Assembly (NCBI GenBank): GCA_012269595.1
Contig: JAAXJX010000023.1
Location: 996-64,995 of the forward strand
From: Planctomycetia bacterium
GTDB taxonomy: Bacteria; Planctomycetota; UBA8108; UBA1146
Length of the DNA: 64,000 bases
Reading direction: 5' to 3'
Shown here: in pieces, positions 20,017-29,554 of the stretch
Position numbering within the stretch: the stretch's first letter is position 1
How the letters are laid out: every line of letters starts with the position of its first letter
The notes under the pieces: generated by a model
Databases searched by the model: none
Told to the model about the DNA's origin: nothing
The model's input: only the letters and a program-made list of their open reading frames with translations
Program-made: the position numbers and the translations under genes

Positions 20017-21236
20017 AAAGTCCTCAATTCAGTCCCGCGGTAATAATGCTGGAGAATCTCCTCATAGGTCTTTGACTTGGCATAACCCTTGGCTCCGTGC
20101 TGGCACATGCCCACCCCGTGTCCCCAACCGCGGCCATGGAAGACAAACCTGTTCTTTTCAAGAGAGACTTCGAAGGCGGACGAGCGCAAGGTCACCTTGG
20201 GGGTCAGTTTTCCCAGGCTCCCTCGCAATCGACGGGTATTGATCTCCAGAGATCCCCCGTCGTGAACGATTCGCAAATAGGGCACGTATCCGGAATCAGA
20301 CACATCCACGGGAATGACCTGGCGAATCGTCCCTACACGGATGCCGCTTTGCCCTGCCACCCGTGCGACCGCCGATCTCAAGACCGGTTCAGCCAGTTCC
20401 AGTTTCCAGCGATAGAAGGGGGCCTTTCTGCAACCATCGCAGTCGACACTGCTGAGAGCACTCATGGGAATCAGGTTGTATCCCGTTTCCCCGGAACAGG
20501 TCACACCCCCACAGGTGGAGTGAAAGAAACATTCGAAGACAGCACCGCCGGTCATCAGAACCTGGCCACGGGTTTCTTCGACCGCTTTCAGGGTATTCGG
20601 ATGAAGTTTTCCCACACCCTGATAAACCTGACTGCGTGTCGAAGAATGAACGTGCCAGCGTCTTCCGGGACGAGTCAGAATCTGGAAGAGGGCGTAGGTT
20701 CTCGCGGCAACCGCTTGAGCTTTCAGAGCCGCCATGGGAAAGGAACTCGCCGAGACCTCTTTCTCGACAACACCGGGAAGATACTTTTCCAGTGAAGTCC
20801 GCTCGAACAGATCCCAACCTTCATTGGCATTCTTCCAGCACTCTATCTTTCCGGCGAGCTCCATGCCTTCGCAAAAGAGAGCCCCCGACTCGGCATGGAA
20901 CCGGATCTCCGTATCGAAACTCCGACCGGAAACCTTGATGACACCCTCACGGGCCTGAACAACGATGGGTGAAGGCAGGGACCACTGTGCAGTCTTGGTC
21001 TGCAGGCGAATCTTTTCCCCCGCCTTGGTGGCAAAGGTCATGTCCCATTGGCCGGTGGCGAATCGGATGCCGACCATCGGTCCATCCTCCCCCGTCTCCG
21101 CAAGGCCTGCTGTTGCGGAATTGAAAGCGGTCTCTGAGTTGAGAGCTGGGGAAAGCCCTAAAGAGGGTTCGTTCGGGAACAGTCCCGAAAAGAGTCCCAG
21201 AAGAAGCATGAACCGGCACGCAGCAGTAACCCTCAA
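20010..21236 (-). CDS. SpoIID/LytB domain protein (peptidoglycan lytic enzyme family)
   Basis: Signal peptide; LKAQAVAARTYA, SQVY, FHSTCGG, GWGHGVGMCQ, ILQHYY. Confidence 0.92.
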   Translation of the reverse strand: MRVTAACRFMLLLGLFSGLFPNEPSLGLSPALNSETAFNSATAGLAETGEDGPMVGIRFATGQWDMTFATKAGEKIRLQTKTAQWSLPSPIVVQAREGVIKVSGRSFDTEIRFHAESGALFCEGMELAGKIECWKNANEGWDLFERTSLEKYLPGVVEKEVSASSFPMAALKAQAVAARTYALFQILTRPGRRWHVHSSTRSQVYQGVGKLHPNTLKAVEETRGQVLMTGGAVFECFFHSTCGGVTCSGETGYNLIPMSALSSVDCDGCRKAPFYRWKLELAEPVLRSAVARVAGQSGIRVGTIRQVIPVDVSDSGYVPYLRIVHDGGSLEINTRRLRGSLGKLTPKVTLRSSAFEVSLEKNRFVFHGRGWGHGVGMCQHGAKGYAKSKTYEEILQHYYRGTELRTLW

Positions 21237-22312
21237 ACGGAATCCTCCAGATCGAGGGAACCCTGCTGACGTCCGCCCGTCGCGCCGTCCACCACTTTGT
21301 CAGCGGCGGGACCGAGGACTCTTCCGCGGGTGGTTTTCTCAATGAAACCGGCACGGATCAGATAAGGCTCATGGACATCCTCGATGGTCCGCTCTTCCTC
21401 ACCGACAGTGACCGCGATGGTTTTGACTCCGACAGGAGTTCCATCCGCTCTGGCCACCACTTCGAGAATTTTCCTGTCCACTGTATCGAGACCAAATGGA
21501 TCCACGCCCAGACGATCCAGTGCCGCACGGGCACACTCTTCATCGATCCTGTTGCTTCCATCGACATCGGCAAAATCACGAACCCTGCGCAGGTATCGAT
21601 TGGCGATGCGTGGAGTACCACGACAACGACTTGCCAACACACGTGCACCCTCTTGATCAATCTCAACACCGAGAATTCGCGCACTGCGTTCCAGGATCCG
21701 GATCAGATCCTCCACCGCGTAGGGTTCCAGCTTCTCATGGATGCCAAACCGGGCACGGAAAGGGGAAGTGAGATTGCCTTCACGGGTGGTCGCTGCGACC
21801 AGTGTGAACTTTGGCAGGTGAATCCGCATCGATCGGGCATTGGGGCCCGAGTCGATCAGAATATCGATCTGGAAATCCTCCATGGCGGTGTAGAGGTACT
21901 CTTCGACCACCCGGCTGACGCGGTGAACTTCATCGATAAAGAGGACATCCCCCTCCTGAAGTTCTGTCAAAAGACCCACGAGATCCTTGGCCTTGTCGAG
22001 GACCGGACCACTGGTCGCGCGAAAATTGACGCCCATTTGAGCGGCAATCAAACTCGAGAGTGTCGTCTTCCCCAAACCCGGCATCCCGGAGAACAGGGTG
22101 TGATCGAGGGAATCTCCCCGCTTCTTGGCCGCCTCCAGGTAGACCTTGAGATTGTCCACCACGGCTCCCTGACCGACAAATTCTGTCAGGTCACCCGGGC
22201 GAATCTGCTCTTCTACCGCGGAAGAGTCCCCGGGAATGGCGGCAGGCTGGGTCTGGCGTGTGGGGTCCGAACCACTGCTCATCGGTTCATCCGTTTCCAA
22301 TAAATCCCTCAA
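21233..22312 (-). CDS. ruvB: Holliday junction branch migration helicase RuvB
   Basis: GMPGLGKTT, FIDEVHR, LYTAMEDF, RGTPRIANR; start may be ATG 22282. Confidence 0.97.
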   Translation of the reverse strand: MRDLLETDEPMSSGSDPTRQTQPAAIPGDSSAVEEQIRPGDLTEFVGQGAVVDNLKVYLEAAKKRGDSLDHTLFSGMPGLGKTTLSSLIAAQMGVNFRATSGPVLDKAKDLVGLLTELQEGDVLFIDEVHRVSRVVEEYLYTAMEDFQIDILIDSGPNARSMRIHLPKFTLVAATTREGNLTSPFRARFGIHEKLEPYAVEDLIRILERSARILGVEIDQEGARVLASRCRGTPRIANRYLRRVRDFADVDGSNRIDEECARAALDRLGVDPFGLDTVDRKILEVVARADGTPVGVKTIAVTVGEEERTIEDVHEPYLIRAGFIEKTTRGRVLGPAADKVVDGATGGRQQGSLDLEDSV

Positions 22313-22502
22313 ATCTCAAGGCGCACCGCCAGCATAATCGAATCCCCGATCCGGTGAAATGATGCGGCGGGCGGAGAAGAATTTTTCCAGCTTCTTTTCG
22401 CCGGGACTGAATCCTCCGTGAAATTCCCGAATCATTGGTTAGGCTGTCGTCAACTCAAACGAAGACCGGGGGTCTCCAGCCCTCCGGGAAGGGACGACGG
22501 GG

Positions 22503-23852
22503 ATGCCATCTCAGGCAGGGGAAAACACTCCGCCACCGGAGCAGGGAAAATCAGCGGACTCTGCGGGGAATCGCCGTCCCCTCGGTGCTGTATTGCTGAC
22601 CCTGTTTCTCGACCTGGTCGGATTCTCCATCATCTTCCCCCTGTTTCCTGCGATCCTCGACTCTTACCCCGATGATGACCTGCTCAAGGGCCTGCTCAGT
22701 TTCCTGCAATCCCTTTCGCCGGAGATCGGATTGGATGACCCGCGACTGATCACTCTCTTCGGCGGGGTGCTGGGATCCCTCTATTCCCTGTTGCAGTTTT
22801 TGCTGAGCCCATTCTGGGGCAGCCTTTCCGACCGTATCGGTCGAAGACCCGTGCTGCTGCTGACGATCGGCATCAACATGCTCGCAGCCCTGCTGTGGGC
22901 CTTCAGCGGTACTTTTCTGATACTGGTTCTCTCGCGCATTCTCTCGGGAGCGGCCGGTGGCAACATCGCCACCGCTACCGCTGCGGTGGCGGATGTGACC
23001 CCCGGAAAAGAACGCGCACGAGGCATGGGTCTCGTCGGAGCGGCTTTCGGTCTCGGGTTCATTCTTGGTCCCGCGATCGGTGGATACCTCTCTCTCTTTG
23101 ACCTCTCCCACCTCGGCTCACTCCCCCTCTTCGGTGGACTCGCCTTTACCCCCTTCACGGTGGCGGCACTGGGTGTGGTAGTACTTCACTTCATCAACCT
23201 GCTGTGGGTTTTCAAGGCACTGCCCGAAACGCGCCCCCCGTCAACGGAACCCAGACCGATTCAATGGTCCGTCTCACTCGGAAGCCAATGGGGCGACACT
23301 GTGCGCAACACCAACATGGCCAATCTTGTTTACCTGCTCGCATTCAGCGGAATGGAATTCACACTGGCATTTCTGGTACGGCAAAGGCTCGACTTTGGAA
23401 CCACAGAAACCGCCACGATGTTTGTCGTCATCGGTCTCATCCTCGCCCTCGTTCAGGGGGGCCTGACCCGCAGACTCGCCCACTCCTGGGGACCTGAGAA
23501 GACGGCGATTCGGGGAATGGTACTGGTGGCACTGGGCCTCGTCGGCGTCGCCTGGACCAGCGAGGATTGGCACCTCTGGGCCTCACTCCTTCCCCTGAGC
23601 GCCGGTTCTGCGATGGCGATGCCGATGCTGTCGACCATCGTCAGCAGCAATGTTTCTGATGAGGAACAGGGAGCCGCATTGGGAGTCTTCCGCTCGTTGG
23701 GCAGTCTTTCCCGGGCGATCGGCCCCTTCGCTGCCGCCATCCTCTATTGGCAAATGGGTTCGTCTGCGCCCTATTTGGCGTCAGCGATCCTGTTGTTGAT
23801 CCCGATGGCCCTGCTCTCGGGTGCCCTTGCCAGAAAAGGCCGAATTTCCTAA
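22503..23852 (+). CDS. MFS transporter (TetA/DHA1-like)
   Basis: GSLSDRIGRRP (motif A), GFILGPAIGG (motif C), about 12 TMs. Confidence 0.92.
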   Translation: MPSQAGENTPPPEQGKSADSAGNRRPLGAVLLTLFLDLVGFSIIFPLFPAILDSYPDDDLLKGLLSFLQSLSPEIGLDDPRLITLFGGVLGSLYSLLQFLLSPFWGSLSDRIGRRPVLLLTIGINMLAALLWAFSGTFLILVLSRILSGAAGGNIATATAAVADVTPGKERARGMGLVGAAFGLGFILGPAIGGYLSLFDLSHLGSLPLFGGLAFTPFTVAALGVVVLHFINLLWVFKALPETRPPSTEPRPIQWSVSLGSQWGDTVRNTNMANLVYLLAFSGMEFTLAFLVRQRLDFGTTETATMFVVIGLILALVQGGLTRRLAHSWGPEKTAIRGMVLVALGLVGVAWTSEDWHLWASLLPLSAGSAMAMPMLSTIVSSNVSDEEQGAALGVFRSLGSLSRAIGPFAAAILYWQMGSSAPYLASAILLLIPMALLSGALARKGRIS

Positions 23853-23897
23853 CATCTCATCACGCCGCGCGATCCTGGCCCGGGAAGGGGCTTCGTC

Positions 23898-24710
23898 GTG
23901 CTTCACCAAAACCCAACCACCTCCCCCCGGAGGTGTGCCCATGCTTCAGCCTGCAGATCTGATGGCCGTCAGTTGCTGTCGTGGATTGCCGGGCTGCTCC
24001 TCTTGCCGATCATCCTGCCGATCATCGGTTGCAGCAGTGCTCCTGCTCCCCGCGGAGAAAGCATCTCCCAGGATGAATCGATGACCCCCGCGGATGTGGG
24101 TGCGATGATGACGGGCAGCTGGTATGTCGAAAATGAGGAGCGCAGGGGGATGGCCACTCTGGGCGGACTCCTCTCCTATGACATGACCACCTCACAGCAT
24201 GTCGGTGGTCAAAAGGTGGGCGAAGAAAGAGTCACCGCCGGTCCCCTGTGGATCGCAGGCAGAACCGAAAGCCGGGCTACCACTTCCCAGGGAAGCGAAG
24301 GCCGCAGTAATTGGTTTTTCCCCTTCTGGCGCTATCGTGAAGTGGACGGCCAGAGAACCCTTTACCCGCTGATGGTCATCCCGATTCCCCTGGGTTCGGT
24401 CGAAACGACAGATTTGGCACTGACGGATGATGACTTCGATCCGTGGGCAGGGGTCGGTGACAGCACCCCCGTCACCGAAGTGGCTGAGACTTCGGTGACA
24501 GATCCGGATCCCCTCGAACCTGTGATTTCCGAAGCGATCGCACAGGCCCCCATGACTTACCAGATCCGCAAGGGTGACACCCTGTGGTCATTGGCCGTGC
24601 GCTTTTATGGGGACGGTCATCGTTACCCTGACCTTCTCGCCGCCAACCGCGGAACCCTTGCCGACCCAAGCCAGATGACGGTTGGCAGCACCATCGTGAT
24701 TCCGAACTAG
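23898..24710 (+). CDS. Lipoprotein with C-terminal LysM domain
   Basis: Lipobox-like IIGC; YQIRKGDTLWSLAVRFYG. Confidence 0.8.
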   Translation: MLHQNPTTSPRRCAHASACRSDGRQLLSWIAGLLLLPIILPIIGCSSAPAPRGESISQDESMTPADVGAMMTGSWYVENEERRGMATLGGLLSYDMTTSQHVGGQKVGEERVTAGPLWIAGRTESRATTSQGSEGRSNWFFPFWRYREVDGQRTLYPLMVIPIPLGSVETTDLALTDDDFDPWAGVGDSTPVTEVAETSVTDPDPLEPVISEAIAQAPMTYQIRKGDTLWSLAVRFYGDGHRYPDLLAANRGTLADPSQMTVGSTIVIPN

Positions 24711-25729
24711 GGATTTGTCTTTTCTGCGGCGGGGGCCTCTACCAGGCTTCCGCCGCAGGAGGATCCCTGACCGGCAGTACAGCCAAAGCAGTGCTCTCCC
24801 GTGGCGATTTCCCGATCCACCAGCTGTTCCTCGGTCACCGTCCATAAATCGGGAACCTCCCCACTCTCCGAATCTGCGGTCAGCCCCATCGACAGCATCT
24901 GATTGAAATCGCAATCGTGCAATCTGCCGTTGTATTCGACGGAGAGAGTCTCTCGACACATGAGGCCGGGAAGTGTGGCCTCATTGAAAGACTGTTCCAG
25001 CAACTGTCGGTACTCCTGCTCCTTGCCTTCCTTCCGCAGCTGACCCAGAAAACGGGAGATGGGCATGTTGGTGATGGTGATCAGTCGGTCGAAAACGATG
25101 CCCAGATCCTGCTTCAGAACCCTGCGATAGTCTTCTTCCAACACATGGGCCGGAGGTGGCAGAGTCGCCCCGCCGGGATTGAACACCAGATCGAGTTGCA
25201 GGTTGGAGCCTTGCCCTGTTCTTCCCTCGGCAGCCCCATAGCCGAGGTGGTTCAGTCGTTTCAGGCCGCGAATACTGCCCTCAAAAACACCATCACCTCT
25301 TTGGCGATCCACATTGTCCCGGGAATAACAGGGCAAGCTGGCGACGACATGAACTCTCTGTTGAGCGAGGAACTCCGCCAGGGATTCCTGCCCCTTCTCT
25401 TGCAGAATTGTCAGATTGCAGCGATCGATCACTTCCAGTCCACGGGCTCTTGCCTGAATGACCAGATCCCGGAATCCGGAGTGCAACTCCGGTGCTCCCC
25501 CGGTCAAATCCACCACCTGCAAATGGGGCAGACGGTCCATCAGCGACAGACAACCTTCGACCCCCTCATCTGACAGCTTTTCAGTCCTCGTCGGACCAGC
25601 ACCGACATGACAGTGAGCACAGGTCTGATTGCAAACCCGGCCCAAATTGATCTGCAGAACCCGGGTGTTGCCCCGCGTGAGGGGACTTTCCAATTTTTGC
25701 CGAAAACAACCGGATTCCATGCTCTTCAA
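24707..25729 (-). CDS. Radical SAM / Cys-rich (DUF3641) protein, ArsS-like
   Basis: CNQTCAHCHV, DLTGGAPE, DRCNLT, DCDFNQML, HCFGCTAGQGSSCGG. Confidence 0.9.
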   Translation of the reverse strand: MKSMESGCFRQKLESPLTRGNTRVLQINLGRVCNQTCAHCHVGAGPTRTEKLSDEGVEGCLSLMDRLPHLQVVDLTGGAPELHSGFRDLVIQARARGLEVIDRCNLTILQEKGQESLAEFLAQQRVHVVASLPCYSRDNVDRQRGDGVFEGSIRGLKRLNHLGYGAAEGRTGQGSNLQLDLVFNPGGATLPPPAHVLEEDYRRVLKQDLGIVFDRLITITNMPISRFLGQLRKEGKEQEYRQLLEQSFNEATLPGLMCRETLSVEYNGRLHDCDFNQMLSMGLTADSESGEVPDLWTVTEEQLVDREIATGEHCFGCTAGQGSSCGGSLVEAPAAEKTNP

Positions 25730-25954
25730 GGGGTGGACCTTCCGTGGGTAAATGTCATATCAGGCAATTTAGTCGGGTTTTGCCTCCAACGGAAACGCTT
25801 ACAAAAATATTCCAACCTGAACACTACACAACACTTTGTTAATCAATAGAATGTATTTACATACAGGAAGACGACCCTGTCCCGATTTTTGATCGGGCCA
25901 GATTCAGGCCCACCCGCTGCGGCTTGGGCTAACGGCGAGAAAGGAATCTCATCC

Positions 25955-27304
25955 ATGTCCCTTCGTACCTATCTTGGTCTGTTCATGGCACTGCTTTGCG
26001 TGCTTGCTCCCACTGCGGACGCCCAGACCAACTACAAGTTGAGTGCTCCCAATACCAGCAGCCTCCCCGGTGGAACGCTGGCTGCGGACATTCTGATGAC
26101 CAACCAGCCGGAACCCGCTCAGGGTTTCCAGTTTGGCCTCTCCTTTGATCCGACGTTGTTAAGTCTCAACCTCGTCACTCAGGGTGCCGACCTGCAGAGT
26201 CTGGACAACGGTCAAGGTGCCGATTACTTCTTCCACACCGAGCCGAATGGCAGTGGCGGAGTGACCGTCGGTGCCATCGTCAGCCTCTCTCCTCCCCTGC
26301 TTTCTATTCCTGCGGGAGACGACCACAGCATCGCTCGTCTCGAGCTTTCCGTCTTGCCGACCGCGCAACCCGCCCAGATTTCAGGATTGACCTTCACCAA
26401 CACTCTGGGCTCGCCCCCGGTTCTTTGTGTGATTTCGGTCAACGGTGTTTCCCAGAGCCCGATCCTTGAGCACGGCTCCGTGACCATCGACACCCCGGCT
26501 CCCTCCGGACTTCAGGTTGTCGTCGACGACGCATGTACCTGTAGCGGAACTGTTTCCTGGACCAACGGTGGAACCTACGACTCTGTGATTGTTACCGTCG
26601 ACGGTATTTCGTCTTCTTACGCCGGCGACACCCAGAGTCTCGCTCTCAACCTGAATGATGGTGTTCCGACCAACGTCGAAGTGTACGGAATCAGCAATGG
26701 CCAGAACTCCTCGGCCACCTCGACTGCCTACACCTGCAACACCACTCCGGCGAACCTTCCGATCTCTGATCTGTCCTGTTCCATCGATCACGAGACCTGC
26801 ACCGCGACCCTGAGCTGGATCAACAACAGCCCCAACTACCAGGCACTGGAACTGCGTGTGGACGGCCAGCTGGTGGCAACTCTCGCCGGTACGGATTCCA
26901 CCACCACCTACGTCCTTCCTGCTGAAATGACCCCCTACACCCTCGAAATCTCCGGAATCGGTGAGTGTGGTGAGAGTCTTGCCGGAATGGGCTGCACCCT
27001 TGAGTGCCTTCCTGAGCGCTTCCGCAGAGGTGATGTCAACTCCGATACTCTGGTTGATATCTCCGACGCCATCGGAACCCTGTCTTACCTTTTCCAGGGA
27101 ATCCCCATGGTTTGCCTGGACGCCATCGACACCAATGACGACGGTACCATCGACATTTCCGACGCGATCTCAACTCTCAGTTACATCTTCGGCGGAGGAA
27201 CTCCTCCTGCTGCCCCGGGACCTTCGACCTGTGGTGTCGATCCGGACAATGGCAATCCCGACAGTCTGGATTGCACCGATTACAACACCAGCTCCTGTAA
27301 TTGA
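25955..27304 (+). CDS. Secreted protein: cohesin-like domain, two FN3-like repeats, C-terminal dockerin-like domain
   Basis: RBS AAAGGA; signal peptide ending ADA; duplicated Ca-loop segments FRRGDVNSDTLVDISDA and DTNDDGTIDISDA. Confidence 0.8.
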   Translation: MSLRTYLGLFMALLCVLAPTADAQTNYKLSAPNTSSLPGGTLAADILMTNQPEPAQGFQFGLSFDPTLLSLNLVTQGADLQSLDNGQGADYFFHTEPNGSGGVTVGAIVSLSPPLLSIPAGDDHSIARLELSVLPTAQPAQISGLTFTNTLGSPPVLCVISVNGVSQSPILEHGSVTIDTPAPSGLQVVVDDACTCSGTVSWTNGGTYDSVIVTVDGISSSYAGDTQSLALNLNDGVPTNVEVYGISNGQNSSATSTAYTCNTTPANLPISDLSCSIDHETCTATLSWINNSPNYQALELRVDGQLVATLAGTDSTTTYVLPAEMTPYTLEISGIGECGESLAGMGCTLECLPERFRRGDVNSDTLVDISDAIGTLSYLFQGIPMVCLDAIDTNDDGTIDISDAISTLSYIFGGGTPPAAPGPSTCGVDPDNGNPDSLDCTDYNTSSCN

Positions 27305-27331
27305 TTCTCGCCGGAATCTCATAGCGAAATG

Positions 27332-27364
27332 AAAAGGGCCCGCAGGGTAACCCCCTGCGGGCCC
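27332..27364. terminator. Hairpin terminator between the convergent dockerin gene and ribBA
   Basis: 12-bp stem GGGCCCGCAGGG/CCCTGCGGGCCC with AAAA on the left. Confidence 0.8.
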
Positions 27365-27426
27365 GCTCCTTTGATTGAAGAGTTTCGCGTGATCAGTCTC
27401 ACCCCTGTTCGAAGGATCCTCCCGGA

Positions 27427-28653
27427 TCAGATCGTTTCAAAGGTGTGACCGAATTTGGTCTTCTTCGTTTTCAGATAGTTGATATTCACAGGTCCGACTC
27501 CCAACTCCAGCGGGATTCTCTGGGTGACCTGAACACCATTCTCTTCCAATCCCTCAACCTTGCCGGGATTGTTGGTCAGCAGACGTACCTGATTCACGGA
27601 CAATGCCCTGAGGATCTTTGCCGCAGCTGAGTACTCACGAAGGTCCGCCTCGAAGCCCAGATGTTCGTTGGCCTCAACGGTGTCCAGCCCATCGGATTCC
27701 ATCAGGTGGTAGGCCTCAATCTTTTTGGCGAGACCGATTCCGCGTCCCTCCTGGGGCAGGTAGATCAGGGCGCCACGCTCTTTGGCACCGATCATCTTGA
27801 GGGAGTGATCCAACTGCATTCCACAGTCACAACGCAGGGAACCGAAAACATCCCCTGTCATGCATGCACTGTGAACCCGCACGAGAGGATCATCGCCCCC
27901 TTCACTCAGGTCCCCCATGCGCAACACGGTCACAGGATCATTGTCGGCGGTCTTCCAGCACTCCAACTCAAAGACTCCATAGGGAGTCGGCAGGTTGGCA
28001 GCACTGAGCCTGATCGGGACTTCCGGTGCGGCTTCTTCAATCGTTTCACGCTCGCGGCGGTACTCCACAAGACTGTCGATGGTTCCCAACAACAGACCAT
28101 GTTTCTCCGCAAAGACTTCCAGCTCGGGAAGGCGGGCCATGGTGCCGTCGTCATTCATCACCTCACAGATAATGGCCGCGGGCTGCAAGCCGGCCATGCG
28201 CGCCAGATCGACCGAAGCTTCGGTGTGACCTGTGCGGCGAAGCACTCCCCCCGGCTTGGCTTTGAGGGGGAAGAGGTGACCGGGACGATTGAACTGGTCC
28301 GGCCGGGAGTTGGGATCCGCTAGAAGACGAGCCGTATGGGCCCGGTCTGCGGCGCTGATCCCGGTGGTGATGCCTTCGGAAGCATCCACCGATACGGTGA
28401 ATGCACACTCCCCTGGCAGGGTCGGTTTGTCGCTCATCGGCGGAAGATCGAGTCTCTCACAGAACTCGGCGGCCATGGGCGCACAGATCAGGCCTCGCCC
28501 CTCGAGGGCGCAAAACTTGATGTGCTCGTCGGTGACCAACTCTGCGGCCATGACGATATCACCCTCATTTTCGCGGTCCGGGGCATCGATCAAAATGACC
28601 ATGCGCCCCTTGGCGATCTCCTGTACCAATTCCTCGACTGTGGCAAATGCCAT
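27427..28653 (-). CDS. ribBA: Bifunctional DHBP synthase / GTP cyclohydrolase II
   Basis: DRENEGD, RTGHTEA, RVHSACMTGD, RCDCG, QEGRGIGL, LTNNP. Confidence 0.97.
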   Translation of the reverse strand: MAFATVEELVQEIAKGRMVILIDAPDRENEGDIVMAAELVTDEHIKFCALEGRGLICAPMAAEFCERLDLPPMSDKPTLPGECAFTVSVDASEGITTGISAADRAHTARLLADPNSRPDQFNRPGHLFPLKAKPGGVLRRTGHTEASVDLARMAGLQPAAIICEVMNDDGTMARLPELEVFAEKHGLLLGTIDSLVEYRRERETIEEAAPEVPIRLSAANLPTPYGVFELECWKTADNDPVTVLRMGDLSEGGDDPLVRVHSACMTGDVFGSLRCDCGMQLDHSLKMIGAKERGALIYLPQEGRGIGLAKKIEAYHLMESDGLDTVEANEHLGFEADLREYSAAAKILRALSVNQVRLLTNNPGKVEGLEENGVQVTQRIPLELGVGPVNINYLKTKKTKFGHTFETI

Positions 28654-28788
28654 CGATGGCTCCCATCAAAACTCAGGTGTCCCCCAAGGTCGATCTGGAC
28701 TCGATTATCCCTTTGATCACTCAGGGGTATGGACACCATTGTCCCTATTTTAGAACCGAATGGGGTCCCTTGGCACTGATTCCGGCCG

Positions 28789-29427
28789 TTATTGAGGAAG
28801 GAATTCCACACCTTCGAGTCGACCTCCCAAGCGCTCTCCCGCTTCCGAAACCTGTTTGAGGAGTCCCCGGGTGACCTCAGGGGCCTCCAGAGTGCCCCAG
28901 ATCTGAATCAGACAACGACGGGTCTGGGGGTCGGTTTTCGTTCTCTGGGAGTCTTTGACGGCATTGGCGCAGGGCCCCAGTGAATCCCCTAGGCAGATCA
29001 GGCCTGCGATATCGATCTCCTGACCCGAAGCGTTGAAAACATATTTTTGTCCCGATTCCCCGAGACCGATGGAGAGATCCCCCTCCACCCGGTCCAGATC
29101 GACCACACTGAGTGGCAAGCCGGAGATTCTGGAGGCCGAATTACCGAGATCAACCAGTGGAAAAATGGAAGTCAGTTTGCCCTCGGCTGCTGCTTTCTGG
29201 AGCCACTCACTGGAAGGCTTGCCCCTTCCAGCGGGCCGATACCCCCCATGACGAAGCAGGGAGCGGACCGCCTTGCGCAACTCCTCCGTCATCGGTTCAC
29301 AAGGGAAGTCCCGTGAAATCATCTCCTGCAACCAGGACGGACTCTCCTCACCTTGCGGACCGGGAAGTTCAATCACCACTCCCGCGGCATCGAGCAACGG
29401 ATGCTCATTGACATGGATCTGTAACAT
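28789..29427 (-). CDS. Stand-alone B3/B4 domain protein (PheRS-beta-related)
   Basis: GYRPAGRGKPSSEWL, LVDLGN, VVDLD, DSQRTK. Confidence 0.8.
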   Translation of the reverse strand: MLQIHVNEHPLLDAAGVVIELPGPQGEESPSWLQEMISRDFPCEPMTEELRKAVRSLLRHGGYRPAGRGKPSSEWLQKAAAEGKLTSIFPLVDLGNSASRISGLPLSVVDLDRVEGDLSIGLGESGQKYVFNASGQEIDIAGLICLGDSLGPCANAVKDSQRTKTDPQTRRCLIQIWGTLEAPEVTRGLLKQVSEAGERLGGRLEGVEFLPQ

Positions 29428-29554
29428 TCGTGCACCCTTCTTCAGTCAATGTCATTCAAGGGGCAGTCTTTGGCCTCACTTGCCCGACTGGGGCTCCCCG
29501 ATATCATCTCTGGAGAGATTGGATTTCAAAGTCACACGTTGGCAGGGGGCCAGA

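Noticed and set aside
24707..25729. Selenocysteine recoding in the ArsS-like, redoxin or DsbD genes
   Set aside because: All relevant positions are Cys codons; no in-frame TGA
28654..28788. FMN riboswitch upstream of ribBA
   Set aside because: Conserved RFN sequence blocks not seen by eye; an Rfam scan would settle it
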